Below, one piece after another: positions 39,901 through 48,250 of a stretch of 64,000 nucleotides of DNA. Made by a program: the position numbers and the translations under genes. The stretch lies in contig CAVVXN010000005.1 in NCBI GenBank assembly GCA_963752285.1, positions 1,312,001 to 1,376,000 of the forward strand, read 5' to 3'. This stretch comes from an uncultured Planctomycetota bacterium. GTDB taxonomy: Bacteria > Planctomycetota > PLA2 > JAEUHO01. A model generated the notes under the pieces. It saw only the letters and a list, made by a program, of their open reading frames with translations, was not told where the DNA came from and did not search any database. The stretch's first letter is position 1. The number at the start of each line of letters is the position of its first letter.

Positions 39901-42004
39901 TCGAGAGGTCGAGCGTCTTCGCCTCCGAGAAGCCGCGCCGGACGACCTCGAGGTTCTCCTCCACCACGCGCCCGCCGAGGTGACCGAACTTCTTCTTCGT
40001 CTGCGCGAGGATGCCCGCGAAGAGACGTTCCTCGTCGAGGTCGTGCTCCTTGACGAGCGAGGAGGCGCGGAAGAAGGCGCCCATGAAGGCCGCGCCCTGC
40101 ATGCGGTAACGCAGGTCCGGGTTCGTCGCGACCTCGGACGCGATCTGGAACGCGTCGAGCGACCAGACGCGGATCTCCCGCTCGCGGATCTGGCGCTGCG
40201 CGGTCCGCGGGAGCGTGTTCCAGAGCTCCTGCGGCGCGAGACTGCTCTGGATCACGAACACGCCGCCCTTCGCGAGGCCGGCGAGCGGGTCGGAGTGCCG
40301 GAACACGTTCGGGTCCGGCGAGAGGACCACGTCCACGTGCTTGAGCTCGCAGTTCGTCCGCACCGGCTCGCTCGCGAGCGTGGCGTAGAACGTGGTCGGC
40401 TGGCCCTTCTTCTCGGAGCCGTACTTCGGGTTCGCCTGGATCTGGAGGCCCAGCAGGTCCGCCGCGGTCACGGCGAGGTTCTTGCCCATCGTGATCGCGC
40501 CCCACCCGCCGACCGAGTGGATGCGGATCGAAGTGGACCCCTTCGGCAGGAGGTTCACGTCCGCACCCGGGTCGAGCGCGAGCCCCTCGAGGAGGGGATA
40601 GCTCTCGAGCAGGCGCTCCTGCCAGATCTGGAGCTTGGGGAGCCGCGTACCCTTCCGGACGAAGTCGATCCCGAGGTAGAAGAGCCGGCGGTTCGCGCCG
40701 CCCTCGAGCATGTTCTCCACGGCCGCGACCAGGTGGTTCGGCTGCAGGTCCCGGCTCCCGAGCCCGTACACGCCCGCGTAGAACTCGGGGACCTCCTCGG
40801 GCCGGCACGCCGTGACGCCCAGGTGCGGGGTCTTTGCGCGCGCGCGCCCGTTCTCGACCGCCTTGCCCATCGCCGCGCGGATCTCGCGAAGCAGCGGCTG
40901 GTCCGCGGCGAGCGGCTGGTCGGTGCGCTCGAGCACCACCACCCCCTTCTTGCCGCGGAGCAGCCGGGTCACCTGGTCCGAGGGGAAGGGACGGAACATC
41001 GCCATCTGCACCACGCCGACCTTCAGCTTCTTCGCGGCGCGCAGATGGTCGGCCACCGCCTCGGCGTTCTTCACGACGGAGCCCTGTCCGACGATGAGCC
41101 AGTCGGCGTCCTCCGCGCGATACCCCATCACGCGGGCGTAGGCGCGGCCCGTGAGCGCGGCGTACTCCTCGAACGCGCGGTCGGCGAGCTCGGCGAGGTG
41201 GTCGAAGTAGAACGGCCGCTGCGCGGCGACGCCCTGGGCGTACGCGTCCTGGTTCTGGACCACGCCGAGCATCGCGGGGTAGTCCACGTCGTACAGCTCC
41301 GGCACACGACGGCGGCGTTCGCCGAACACGAGCCGCTGGGCGGGCGTGGGCGACGGGATCTGGTCCGCCGGGTCGCCGAGGTACTCGTCCACCAGCGCGC
41401 GCTCGGGCAGGAGGACCGACTCGATCACGTGGCTCGTGAGGAACCCGTCCTGGGCGCAGATCCCCGGGTTCAGCGAGAGCTCCGCGATGCGGTGTGCGAT
41501 CAGGTCGAAGTCGGCGGCCTGCTGCACGTCCTTCGCGAAGATCTGGAAGAACCCCGTGTCGTCCACCGCGTGGTAGTCGTCGTGACCCGCGTGCACGTTG
41601 AGCGCGTGCTTGGTCATCGCGCGGCACGCGACGTTGAGCACGTACGTGAGCCGCTTGCCGACCGCCGCGTACAGCGACTCGTGCATGTACGCGATGCCCT
41701 GCCCGCTCGAGAAGTTCGTCGCGCGGAGCCCCGTCAGGCTCATGCCGGCGGTCACGGCGGCCGCGGCGTGCTCGCCCTCGGGCTCGAAGAAGATGAGCTG
41801 ACGACCGCGCACGTTGGGCGTGCCCGCCGCCATCGCCGCCGCGAAGCCCTCGCCCATCTGCGTGGAGGGTGTGATGGGATACGCGCCGGCGGCGTCCGAC
41901 GCGGCCGTCTCCATCGCGACGACGGCGCCGCTCCCGTCCGTGGCGGTCGGGACCCCCGGGTACTTCGGGGCGGCCGCGTTCGCGTCCTTCGGGCTGGTCT
42001 TCAT
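36947..42004 (-). CDS. nifJ: Large single-chain pyruvate:ferredoxin oxidoreductase with C-terminal ferredoxin
   Basis: YPITPST, gamma domain GGWGAIT..YGSEKKG, CTGCAACWTQCP and CKGCNICVNVCP, ACMGCGE, GCSSVWG, TPP motif GGDGAMLDIG..YSNTGGQ, extra CTTCHEC..KCP domain. Confidence 0.9.
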   Translation of the reverse strand: MKTSPKDANAAAPKYPGVPTATDGSGAVVAMETAASDAAGAYPITPSTQMGEGFAAAMAAGTPNVRGRQLIFFEPEGEHAAAAVTAGMSLTGLRATNFSSGQGIAYMHESLYAAVGKRLTYVLNVACRAMTKHALNVHAGHDDYHAVDDTGFFQIFAKDVQQAADFDLIAHRIAELSLNPGICAQDGFLTSHVIESVLLPERALVDEYLGDPADQIPSPTPAQRLVFGERRRRVPELYDVDYPAMLGVVQNQDAYAQGVAAQRPFYFDHLAELADRAFEEYAALTGRAYARVMGYRAEDADWLIVGQGSVVKNAEAVADHLRAAKKLKVGVVQMAMFRPFPSDQVTRLLRGKKGVVVLERTDQPLAADQPLLREIRAAMGKAVENGRARAKTPHLGVTACRPEEVPEFYAGVYGLGSRDLQPNHLVAAVENMLEGGANRRLFYLGIDFVRKGTRLPKLQIWQERLLESYPLLEGLALDPGADVNLLPKGSTSIRIHSVGGWGAITMGKNLAVTAADLLGLQIQANPKYGSEKKGQPTTFYATLASEPVRTNCELKHVDVVLSPDPNVFRHSDPLAGLAKGGVFVIQSSLAPQELWNTLPRTAQRQIREREIRVWSLDAFQIASEVATNPDLRYRMQGAAFMGAFFRASSLVKEHDLDEERLFAGILAQTKKKFGHLGGRVVEENLEVVRRGFSEAKTLDLSTLSDDGPESGHVPVMPEILGDAAAQDGIAHPGRFWEQVCHLYKSGADGIADPFAAISAIPAATSSIRDMTDMRFEVPEFVASKCTGCAACWTQCPDSAIPGVVSGIEDVLDAAIRTISNGRTYDRLKPIVKHLGREARRVMKSGPFASFSEVLTQSYETVAAKLDLDPERRHALDQEFQAVAAELQDFPLAKTAPFFDVPESAEPGSGGLLSVTVNPETCKGCNICVNVCPTGALVTIKQTDQVVEDLRRRWSLWRHLPDTDDRFVDVASLDEGIGILSSLLLKKDNYMSMVGGDGACMGCGEKTGIHLVVAAVNAVMRPRVHAFVKRLDEIVETLDQKARMLLSSDADLDRMVEGGVGAEVALDPERRREIERIVRSIREVKDLRWRYVEGPSGKGRASLGFTNSTGCSSVWGSTYPYNPYPFPWVNHLFQDAPSIAIGIFEGHMRKMTDNFVAVRRADLLAKDEYDAQRDEAVFARLDWHDFSEEEFLLCPPIIAVGGDGAMLDIGFQNLSRLLASDKPVRVVVLDTQVYSNTGGQASTGSFTGQVSDMAAFGKAHQGKEEMRKELSLVGIAHRQAYVLQSSQALPSHLLGGVIRGLKARRPALFVLHAPCPPEHGLADYSSMRAAKLALESRAFPLLVYDPDAGTSIAERMSLDGNPAIEDLWPTYELSYEDEQGQAKTLTLPLTIADWAATEGRFQKQFKPARPDDDVVPFADYVAMPAAERGDAIPFIYTLDAENHLARLLVSSSIVHLADDRIDAWRHLRQLAGTEASPPVHDLVEREVAAAYEEKLQALKAEYEAKIADLRARIPLAVARRMAEGLLRQGDAGATLADILARVEAAGLEPVAAGTDGLFAAPGAAAAPAGAAPGGVAAASGTAVSPSAPAATATSTAEAPADETLDVEPWIESARCTTCHECVNLNRRLFAYNDKKQAVVKDPRGGPYRDLVVAAEKCPVKIIHPGTPLDPKERDLDKWVKRAERFR

Positions 42005-42852
42005 CCGTTGACACTCCTCGCGAGCTCGCGCGGAGGCGTGAGCTGCGCGTGCTCGACCCAGAGGATGGCTCCCGTCGGGCACCGTGTGGCGGCCTCGGGC
42101 CGGGCCGCGTCGTTCTTCGTGTAGTCGATCACCGCGAGACCCCGGCGGATCTCGATCAGGCCGGGCGCGGCGTCGTCTACGCAGCGGCCGCATCCCGTGC
42201 AGGCCACCTGGCACTGCGCCTGTGCCTCGTCGCCCTCGAGGAGGCTCCGGCACTGGACGATCAGGTGCTGTTCCACCGGCATGATGGAGAACAAGTCCTT
42301 CGGGCACGCGTCCACGCAGTCGCCGCACGCCGTGCAGCGCTCGGGCGTCACGACCGGCAGCCCGACGGGGTTCATGTGGATCGCGTCGAACGTGCAGGCG
42401 CGGGCGCAGTCGGCCAGGCCGAGGCACCCCCACGAGCACGCCTTCCCGCCCCCCGCGACCGCGGCCGCGGCGCGGCAGGTCAGGAGGCCCGTGTAGTCGG
42501 CGCGCTGCACGGCGACGTCGCACCCGCCCGCGCAGAGCAGCCGGGCGACGCGCTTCACGGCCTCGCCCGCCTCGACGCCCAGGTAGTCGGCGACGGCCTG
42601 GATCCCCTCGGGGTTCATGTTCGTGCACTTCGCGGGCTGGGCCGCGCCGCCGACGAGCCCCTCCGCGAACGAGCGGCAGCCGGCGAAGCCGCAGGCCCCG
42701 CAGTTCGTCCCGGGGAGCAGGTCGGTCACCGCGTCGATCCGCGGGTCCTCCCAGACCCTCAGACGGCGGTTCGCCAGCGCGATGAGCGAGCCGAACACGA
42801 GGCCGACGCCGCCCAGCACGAGCACCGAGTCGAGGATCTGGGTGGGATCCAC
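42001..42852 (-). CDS. rnfB: Rnf electron transport complex subunit B
   Basis: N-terminal TM, DPRIDAV..LPGTNCGACGFAGC, several 4Fe-4S motifs; SD GGAGG before GTG. Confidence 0.93.
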   Translation of the reverse strand: MDPTQILDSVLVLGGVGLVFGSLIALANRRLRVWEDPRIDAVTDLLPGTNCGACGFAGCRSFAEGLVGGAAQPAKCTNMNPEGIQAVADYLGVEAGEAVKRVARLLCAGGCDVAVQRADYTGLLTCRAAAAVAGGGKACSWGCLGLADCARACTFDAIHMNPVGLPVVTPERCTACGDCVDACPKDLFSIMPVEQHLIVQCRSLLEGDEAQAQCQVACTGCGRCVDDAAPGLIEIRRGLAVIDYTKNDAARPEAATRCPTGAILWVEHAQLTPPRELARSVNG

Positions 42853-42860
42853 GTCGCCTC

Positions 42861-43865
42861 CTACGAGCCCGAAACCGGTCCGGCCTGCTGCAGGAGCCAC
42901 GCCGCGAGGCGCCCCGCGGGGTCGGCCGGCGGTCCTGAGGCGCCCGACGCGGGCGTGGCCGCGGTCTGCGCCTCGAGGAGACGGGACAGGTGTCGCATCG
43001 TCTCGGCCTGCTGGAACACGCTCCACGCGCCGACCGGACGCGCGGGCGCCGTCTCGGGGAGGTGGACCGCGCCGAGCGCGTTCGATGCGCCGCCCTCGAC
43101 CGCGGGGTCGTGGACGAAGCGCGCCGCACCCTCCGGCACGACGGCCGCGACGCCGGGGCCCTTCCACGCGCCGAGACCCGCGAGGCCCGCGAGCGACGTG
43201 ACCTGGGCGACGTACGTGCCCGGCGTCACGAGCCGGGCGAGCGGCGCGACCGGGCACGCGCCGCGCACGAGGAGCACGAGCTTCATCTCTCCGTCGAGGT
43301 AGCCGGCCAGACAGTCGGCGAGGAGGTCGCCTCCGTCCACGTCCACGACGAGCGGCGGGGCGATCCGGCGCTCGCCGCGGTTCCAGCGGAGGAAGGGAAA
43401 GGGGCGCGCGAGGTCCGTCGCGCCGGCCGCGTCCGGCCGTCCCGCGCGCGCGAGCTCGGCGGCGCGGGCGGCCGCGAAGGCGCGGCCCACCTCGCCGAGG
43501 CGCGCCTCGACGACGTGGTGGAGGCTCGCGCCGGAAGGCACCTCCACGCGGAACGCCGCGTCGCCCCGTTCGAGGAGGTCGGTCAGGACGCGGAACGCCT
43601 GCTCGACGATCGCCATCGCGCCGGGCTCGACGACGGCACGCTCCCGGCGCGCGACGGCCTCGAACAGGTCGCCGCGGATGCGCCCGAGGGCGAACGCCCC
43701 GAGGTCCGCCGCCCCGCCGCCCCGCGGGTCGGTCGCGTCGCCCTGCGCGTCCGTCGCCATGTCGCGGAGACGCTCGATCGTGGCCGCCAGCGCCGATCGG
43801 AACGCGCCGAGCGGTCGGCTCAGGGTCTCGAAGACGTTCGGCTCGTTCGGCTTCTCAGACGGCAT
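42861..43865 (-). CDS. Hypothetical protein resembling a degenerate PFOR TPP-binding (beta) domain
   Basis: Coupled between korB and rnfB; several segments align by eye with the beta region of the adjacent PFOR but lack the GDG..N motif and the cluster cysteines. Confidence 0.75.
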   Translation of the reverse strand: MPSEKPNEPNVFETLSRPLGAFRSALAATIERLRDMATDAQGDATDPRGGGAADLGAFALGRIRGDLFEAVARRERAVVEPGAMAIVEQAFRVLTDLLERGDAAFRVEVPSGASLHHVVEARLGEVGRAFAAARAAELARAGRPDAAGATDLARPFPFLRWNRGERRIAPPLVVDVDGGDLLADCLAGYLDGEMKLVLLVRGACPVAPLARLVTPGTYVAQVTSLAGLAGLGAWKGPGVAAVVPEGAARFVHDPAVEGGASNALGAVHLPETAPARPVGAWSVFQQAETMRHLSRLLEAQTAATPASGASGPPADPAGRLAAWLLQQAGPVSGS

Positions 43866-44814
43866 GGCGGTCGAGCTCCCCGTTCAGGATCGAGATGCGC
43901 TCCTCCGCGGTCAGCACGGGGAGGCGCCGGATCTCGTCGTAGCGCGCCCGGGTCGGGTCGCAGAAGAACAGGCCCAGGCGCACCCGCCCCGCGTCCTCCG
44001 CGAGCTCGCGGGCCCGCGAGAGGTCGTGCGGGTCGTGGCGAACCTGGTTCTTGTAGACCGACTCGGTGTCGTCGTCGCGGATCCCGTCCGCGTGGACGAG
44101 GATCTCGGTGTGGTCGGGGTTCTGCGCCGCGTCGCGGTAGATCCCCGGCGTCCACACGGGACAGCGCTGGAGGATCCGCACGAACGCGAAGCCCGGGTGC
44201 TTCCACGCGGCCTCGAGCGTCGCCGCGAGGTGACCGGGCGCCCAGTCCGCCGTCTGCGCGACGAAGGAGGCGTTCGTCACGCCGAGGGTCGCCGTGAGCG
44301 GGTTCAGCGCGGGCAGGTACGAGCCGTGGGGCTGCGTGAGGCTCGGGTGACCCTGCGGCGTCGTCGGGGACGTCTGGTTCTTGGTGAGACCGTAGATGTT
44401 GTTGTCGAGGAGCAGCGCGACGAGGTTCACGTTGTACCGGACCGCGTGGATCCAGTGGGCCGCGCCGATCGAGCAGCAGTCGCCGTCGCCCATCACCGTG
44501 AACACGTCCAGGTCGGGGCGCGCGAGCTTGACGCCGATCGAGACGGGCAGGGCGCGGCCGTGGATCCCGTGGAAGCCGTACGTCTTCAGATAGTGGGGGA
44601 AGCGGCTCGAGCACCCGATCCCCGAGACGAAGACCGTCCGCTCCGGCTCGAGCTGCTTCGCCGCGAGCAGGCGCAGCGTCGCGCCGAGGATCGCGTGGTC
44701 GCCGCATCCCGGGCACCAGCGCGCCACCGGACCTTCGTAGTCCCCGACCTCCCACGTGCGGTCGTCCTCGACGACCGCCGCGCAGCCCGCGAGGGCACAG
44801 CTCGGCTCGATCAC
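43855..44814 (-). CDS. korB: 2-oxoacid:ferredoxin oxidoreductase beta subunit
   Basis: WCPGCGD, SGIGCSSRFP, HGRALP, GDGD..NNIYGLTKNQTSPT, QRCP. Confidence 0.93.
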   Translation of the reverse strand: MIEPSCALAGCAAVVEDDRTWEVGDYEGPVARWCPGCGDHAILGATLRLLAAKQLEPERTVFVSGIGCSSRFPHYLKTYGFHGIHGRALPVSIGVKLARPDLDVFTVMGDGDCCSIGAAHWIHAVRYNVNLVALLLDNNIYGLTKNQTSPTTPQGHPSLTQPHGSYLPALNPLTATLGVTNASFVAQTADWAPGHLAATLEAAWKHPGFAFVRILQRCPVWTPGIYRDAAQNPDHTEILVHADGIRDDDTESVYKNQVRHDPHDLSRARELAEDAGRVRLGLFFCDPTRARYDEIRRLPVLTAEERISILNGELDRHAV

Positions 44815-46736
44815 GCGTCACCTCCCTTCGCGGTCTTCCCGAAGCGTTCGCGGACGGCCCGGAGGATCTGGCCCGGCCGCAGCGGCTCGCCCGGCACGCG
44901 GGTCCAGCAGTCGGCGTCCACGAGCAGCTGCCCGCGCAGGAGCCAGGCGAGCTGGCCCCGGCGACGGTTCTCGTCGTTCACGTGCGGGGCGTCCGGCTCG
45001 TCGCTGTAGTTGATCTCGACGGTCAGGACGCGGCGGTACCGCCGGCAGATGTCCTTCACCCCGGGCGGGAGGGGCGAGAGGAACGTGAGGTGCATCGACG
45101 CGACGGAGAGGCCCTCCGCCCGCGCGCGCTCGGCCGCCTCCTCGATCGCGCCGCGCGTGCTCCCCCACCCGACGATCAGCAGGTCGCCCTCGCTCGGGCC
45201 GACGACGGGCGGCGGCTCCAGCATCGACTGCAGCGTGGCGAGCTTCCGGCTCCGCATCGCGTGGGCGCGCTGGTTCACCGCGGGGTCGTACGTGACCTTC
45301 GATCCCTCGTCGTGGCAGAGCCCCGTCGCCGTGAACATCCCGCCCGGCTGGCCCGGCACGAACCGACGCGAGAGCCCGGTCGCGGGGTCCCACTGGTACG
45401 GCTTCGCACCGGGGGGCAGCGCCGACTGGTCCGGGGGCCGCGCCTGCCAGCGCTCGTCCGGCTCGGGCCGCGCGAACGGCTGCACGCCCGTGGCGAGGTT
45501 CGCGTCGGAGAGGACCATGACGACGCATCGGAACGTCTCCGCGATGCGCCGCGCGGTCACCATGCAGTGGAAGCACTCCTCGATGGTCGAGGGCGCGAGC
45601 ACCACCTTCGGCGCGTCGCCGGGCTGGCCGAACATCGCGGCGAGCAGGTCCGACTGCTCCACCTTCGTGGGGAGCCCCGTGCTCGGGCCGCCGCGCTGCA
45701 CGTCCACCAGGACGAGGGGGGTCTCGGTGATGACGGCCAGGCCGAGGAACTCGGTCTTGAGCGCGAGGCCCGGGCCCGACGTGACCGTGAACGCGACCTT
45801 GCCCGCGTACGAGGCGCCGATCGCGACCCCGATCGCGGAGATCTCGTCCTCCGCCTGGTGCAGCACGCCGCCCGTGCGGTCGAACACCTCGCCGAGGTAG
45901 TGCGACACCGAGGTCGCCGGCGTGATCGGGTACATCGCGCAGAGCTCGAGCCCCGCGGCGATGGCGCCCATCCCGATCGCCGTGTTCCCGTTCATCACGA
46001 CCATCGGCTTCTCGATCGGTCGTGACGGCACATCGACCCGGAACTCGATGTGCTCCTCCGCCCACTGCATGCCCCGCTCGAGGAGCTGTACGTTCTTCTC
46101 GTACACCGCGGGGGACTTCTTGCGGAACTGGAACGCGATCTGTTCCTTCACGCGCTGGGGGTCGCGGCCGTAGATCGTGGTCAGCAGCCCGAGCGCGAAC
46201 ATGTTCTTGCCGCGTCGCGGGTTGTCCACCACCTCGAGCGACTCGGCCTCCATCGGCACCGGCACGAAGCGGTACCGCCGCGTGCCGAGCTCCTCCATGG
46301 CCGCGGTCCAGGCCTTGACGACGTCCGGGTCGGGGTGCTCGCTCCACATCGACTCGATGAGGATCACCGCGTCCTCGGCGAGCGCGCCGAGGCGGTGTCG
46401 CGAGAGGAGGACCTGCTCGTTGAACGCGACGACGAGCTGCGCCTCGTCGCCCCAGTTCGTCACGGGGTCCGTCCCGAGCCGGATCCGGACGCCGGACGCG
46501 CTCCCCGGGCTGCGCGGCGGGGGCTGGATCTCGGCCGGGATGATCTCGACCGTCCAGACGCCGTTCCCCATCTTCGCGGAGACGGCCCCGAAGGTCTGAC
46601 CGCACTTCTGCGCGCCCTCCCCGGAGTCCGACACCACCTCCACGGTGTGCTCGGGCACGGTGATCCTCCGCGGCGTGGTCGCCTGGGGTGCCGGCTCGGC
46701 GTGGTTCGCGGTCGCGGAGGGCTGCTCTCGAGTCAT
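44811..46736 (-). CDS. korA: 2-oxoacid:ferredoxin oxidoreductase alpha subunit (gamma-alpha fusion)
   Basis: SDSGEGAQ, YPITPAT, QAEDEI, TSGPGLALK, QRGGPSTGLPTK, GWGST. Confidence 0.93.
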   Translation of the reverse strand: MTREQPSATANHAEPAPQATTPRRITVPEHTVEVVSDSGEGAQKCGQTFGAVSAKMGNGVWTVEIIPAEIQPPPRSPGSASGVRIRLGTDPVTNWGDEAQLVVAFNEQVLLSRHRLGALAEDAVILIESMWSEHPDPDVVKAWTAAMEELGTRRYRFVPVPMEAESLEVVDNPRRGKNMFALGLLTTIYGRDPQRVKEQIAFQFRKKSPAVYEKNVQLLERGMQWAEEHIEFRVDVPSRPIEKPMVVMNGNTAIGMGAIAAGLELCAMYPITPATSVSHYLGEVFDRTGGVLHQAEDEISAIGVAIGASYAGKVAFTVTSGPGLALKTEFLGLAVITETPLVLVDVQRGGPSTGLPTKVEQSDLLAAMFGQPGDAPKVVLAPSTIEECFHCMVTARRIAETFRCVVMVLSDANLATGVQPFARPEPDERWQARPPDQSALPPGAKPYQWDPATGLSRRFVPGQPGGMFTATGLCHDEGSKVTYDPAVNQRAHAMRSRKLATLQSMLEPPPVVGPSEGDLLIVGWGSTRGAIEEAAERARAEGLSVASMHLTFLSPLPPGVKDICRRYRRVLTVEINYSDEPDAPHVNDENRRRGQLAWLLRGQLLVDADCWTRVPGEPLRPGQILRAVRERFGKTAKGGDA

Positions 46737-46906
46737 GACATCTCCCGGGGACGGCGCGCGCGGCGCGCGACGGGGCGGGGCGGGGTCGCTACGGCGCGTG
46801 ACCGAACCTCTTCCCGACGCGAGACCGACGACCGGTCGTGCTCCCGGACGGCGGCGCCAAGGGGGTTCGAAGGTCGCACATGCGAGGTCGATCCCGCGGT
46901 CGGGTT

Positions 46907-46949
46907 CGTTGCGACTCATTCGCAACGGACGCTTCGAGCGTGCATTGTA
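46907..46949 (-). promoter_or_regulatory. Candidate kor-rnf operon promoter: TACAAT -10 box plus downstream palindromic operator
   Basis: TACAAT on minus strand at 46944-46949; perfect inverted repeat CGTTGCGA-N5-TCGCAACG at 46907-46927. Confidence 0.55.
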
Positions 46950-47059
46950 GGCGGTCCGGGATCCGCGCCGCAGGAATGCCGTGCGTTCACGAGAGCGCGA
47001 ACGGCGTCTTCAAACGACGTGAACGGGACGCGCCGCGCCCTTCCCCGGGGCGCGCGCGC

Positions 47060-47653
47060 TCATCCGCGATGGCGGCGTCCGAGGCGCGCGAGGAGCGCGC
47101 GCCAACCGTGCCCGCGCCCTCGCTCGGTCTCCTCGCGCCGGCGCTCGCTCGGCGTGGCGACGGTCACCACCTTGCTCTCGCGCACGAGCACCTCGACGGC
47201 GGTCGCCTTGTCGGATACAGGACCGGCGCGGTCCGACAAGGCGCGCACGCGCGGACACGGCGTCACGACGCCCGATTCCGCCCACGCGCGGGCCTGGTCG
47301 AGCGCACGCTCGACGACCTCGGCGACGTGCTCGGCCTCGAACGGCTTCAGCAGGTAGTCGAAGGCGCCCGCGTAGATGGCGGCCTTCACGCTCTCGCGGT
47401 CGCTGTGGCTGCTGACGATCAGGAACGGCACCCGCTCGTGGATGCGGGGCAGCAGCGCCTGCAAGAGGTCGAAGCCGTTCATCGTGGGCATCATCACGTC
47501 GGAGACGATCAGGTCGAAGGTCCCCTCCTCGTAGAGGTCCAGGGCCTCGGCGCCGTCGCGAGCGAGGACGGAGTGGTGCCCCTGCCGCGCCAGGAGGCCG
47601 GCGAGGGCCTCGCGGACCGCGGGTTCGTCGTCTACGAGCAGGACGTGGGCCAT
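47060..47653 (-). CDS. Response regulator receiver protein with basic C-terminal tail
   Basis: VLLVDDE, IVSDVMMP, VSSH, YLLKPF; SD AGGAGG; no recognisable HTH. Confidence 0.9.
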   Translation of the reverse strand: MAHVLLVDDEPAVREALAGLLARQGHHSVLARDGAEALDLYEEGTFDLIVSDVMMPTMNGFDLLQALLPRIHERVPFLIVSSHSDRESVKAAIYAGAFDYLLKPFEAEHVAEVVERALDQARAWAESGVVTPCPRVRALSDRAGPVSDKATAVEVLVRESKVVTVATPSERRREETERGRGHGWRALLARLGRRHRG

Positions 47654-47734
47654 GGAGTCCCTCCTGGGGGGATCCGAGTTCGCGTGGAGAGCATCGGACG
47701 GACTCGGGCCGGGGGACGGGCCCCCGACCCGAGC

Positions 47735-48250
47735 TCAGGAGGCGTCCGGGGCCTCGATGATGAAAGCGCCGGTCGTCTCGTCGCGGCGGGGCAGGAGCTC
47801 CTCCGCCAGGCGGCGTTCGCCCTCGGCCATCGCCTCGACGCGCTGCGCCCGCACGTTGCCGCCGTACAGCAGCTCGTTCAGCACGCGGCGCATCTCCTCG
47901 TTGTCCCAGGGCTTCGTGAAGAAGCGGTGGATGCGGCCCTCGTTGATCGCGCTGATCACGAGGTTCAGGTCGGCCTGGGCCGTCAGCAGGATCGTGGTGA
48001 CCCGCGGATGGCGGGCGCGCACGTCCTTGATGAGGTCCAGACCGTGGGTGCCCGGCATGTAGTGGTCGCAGATGATCAGGTCCACCTCGGGGTGGCGTTC
48101 GAGGATGCCCCAGGCCTCGGCGGCGTCGTACGCGTGCAGGAGCTTAAACGGCTCCCGTCGGAACGTTCGCTGCAACGCCCGGTGAATGGTCTCCTCGTCG
48201 TCCACGATCAGCACCGTCTTCGGGTCGTCGTGGCTCGGGTCGTGGTTCAT
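47735..48250 (-). CDS. Response regulator receiver protein with short C-terminal extension
   Basis: VLIVDDE, IICDHYMP, LLTAQ, FFTKPW; SD GGAG. Confidence 0.9.
   Translation of the reverse strand: MNHDPSHDDPKTVLIVDDEETIHRALQRTFRREPFKLLHAYDAAEAWGILERHPEVDLIICDHYMPGTHGLDLIKDVRARHPRVTTILLTAQADLNLVISAINEGRIHRFFTKPWDNEEMRRVLNELLYGGNVRAQRVEAMAEGERRLAEELLPRRDETTGAFIIEAPDAS

Noticed and set aside
35532..43129. Apparent 2160-aa RnfC fusion and 2060-aa PFOR in the ORF track
   Set aside because: The upstream parts are off-frame overlaps of neighbouring genes; real starts are 36941 and 42004
46737..46940. TPP or FMN riboswitch in the long korA leader
   Set aside because: Conserved aptamer motifs not found
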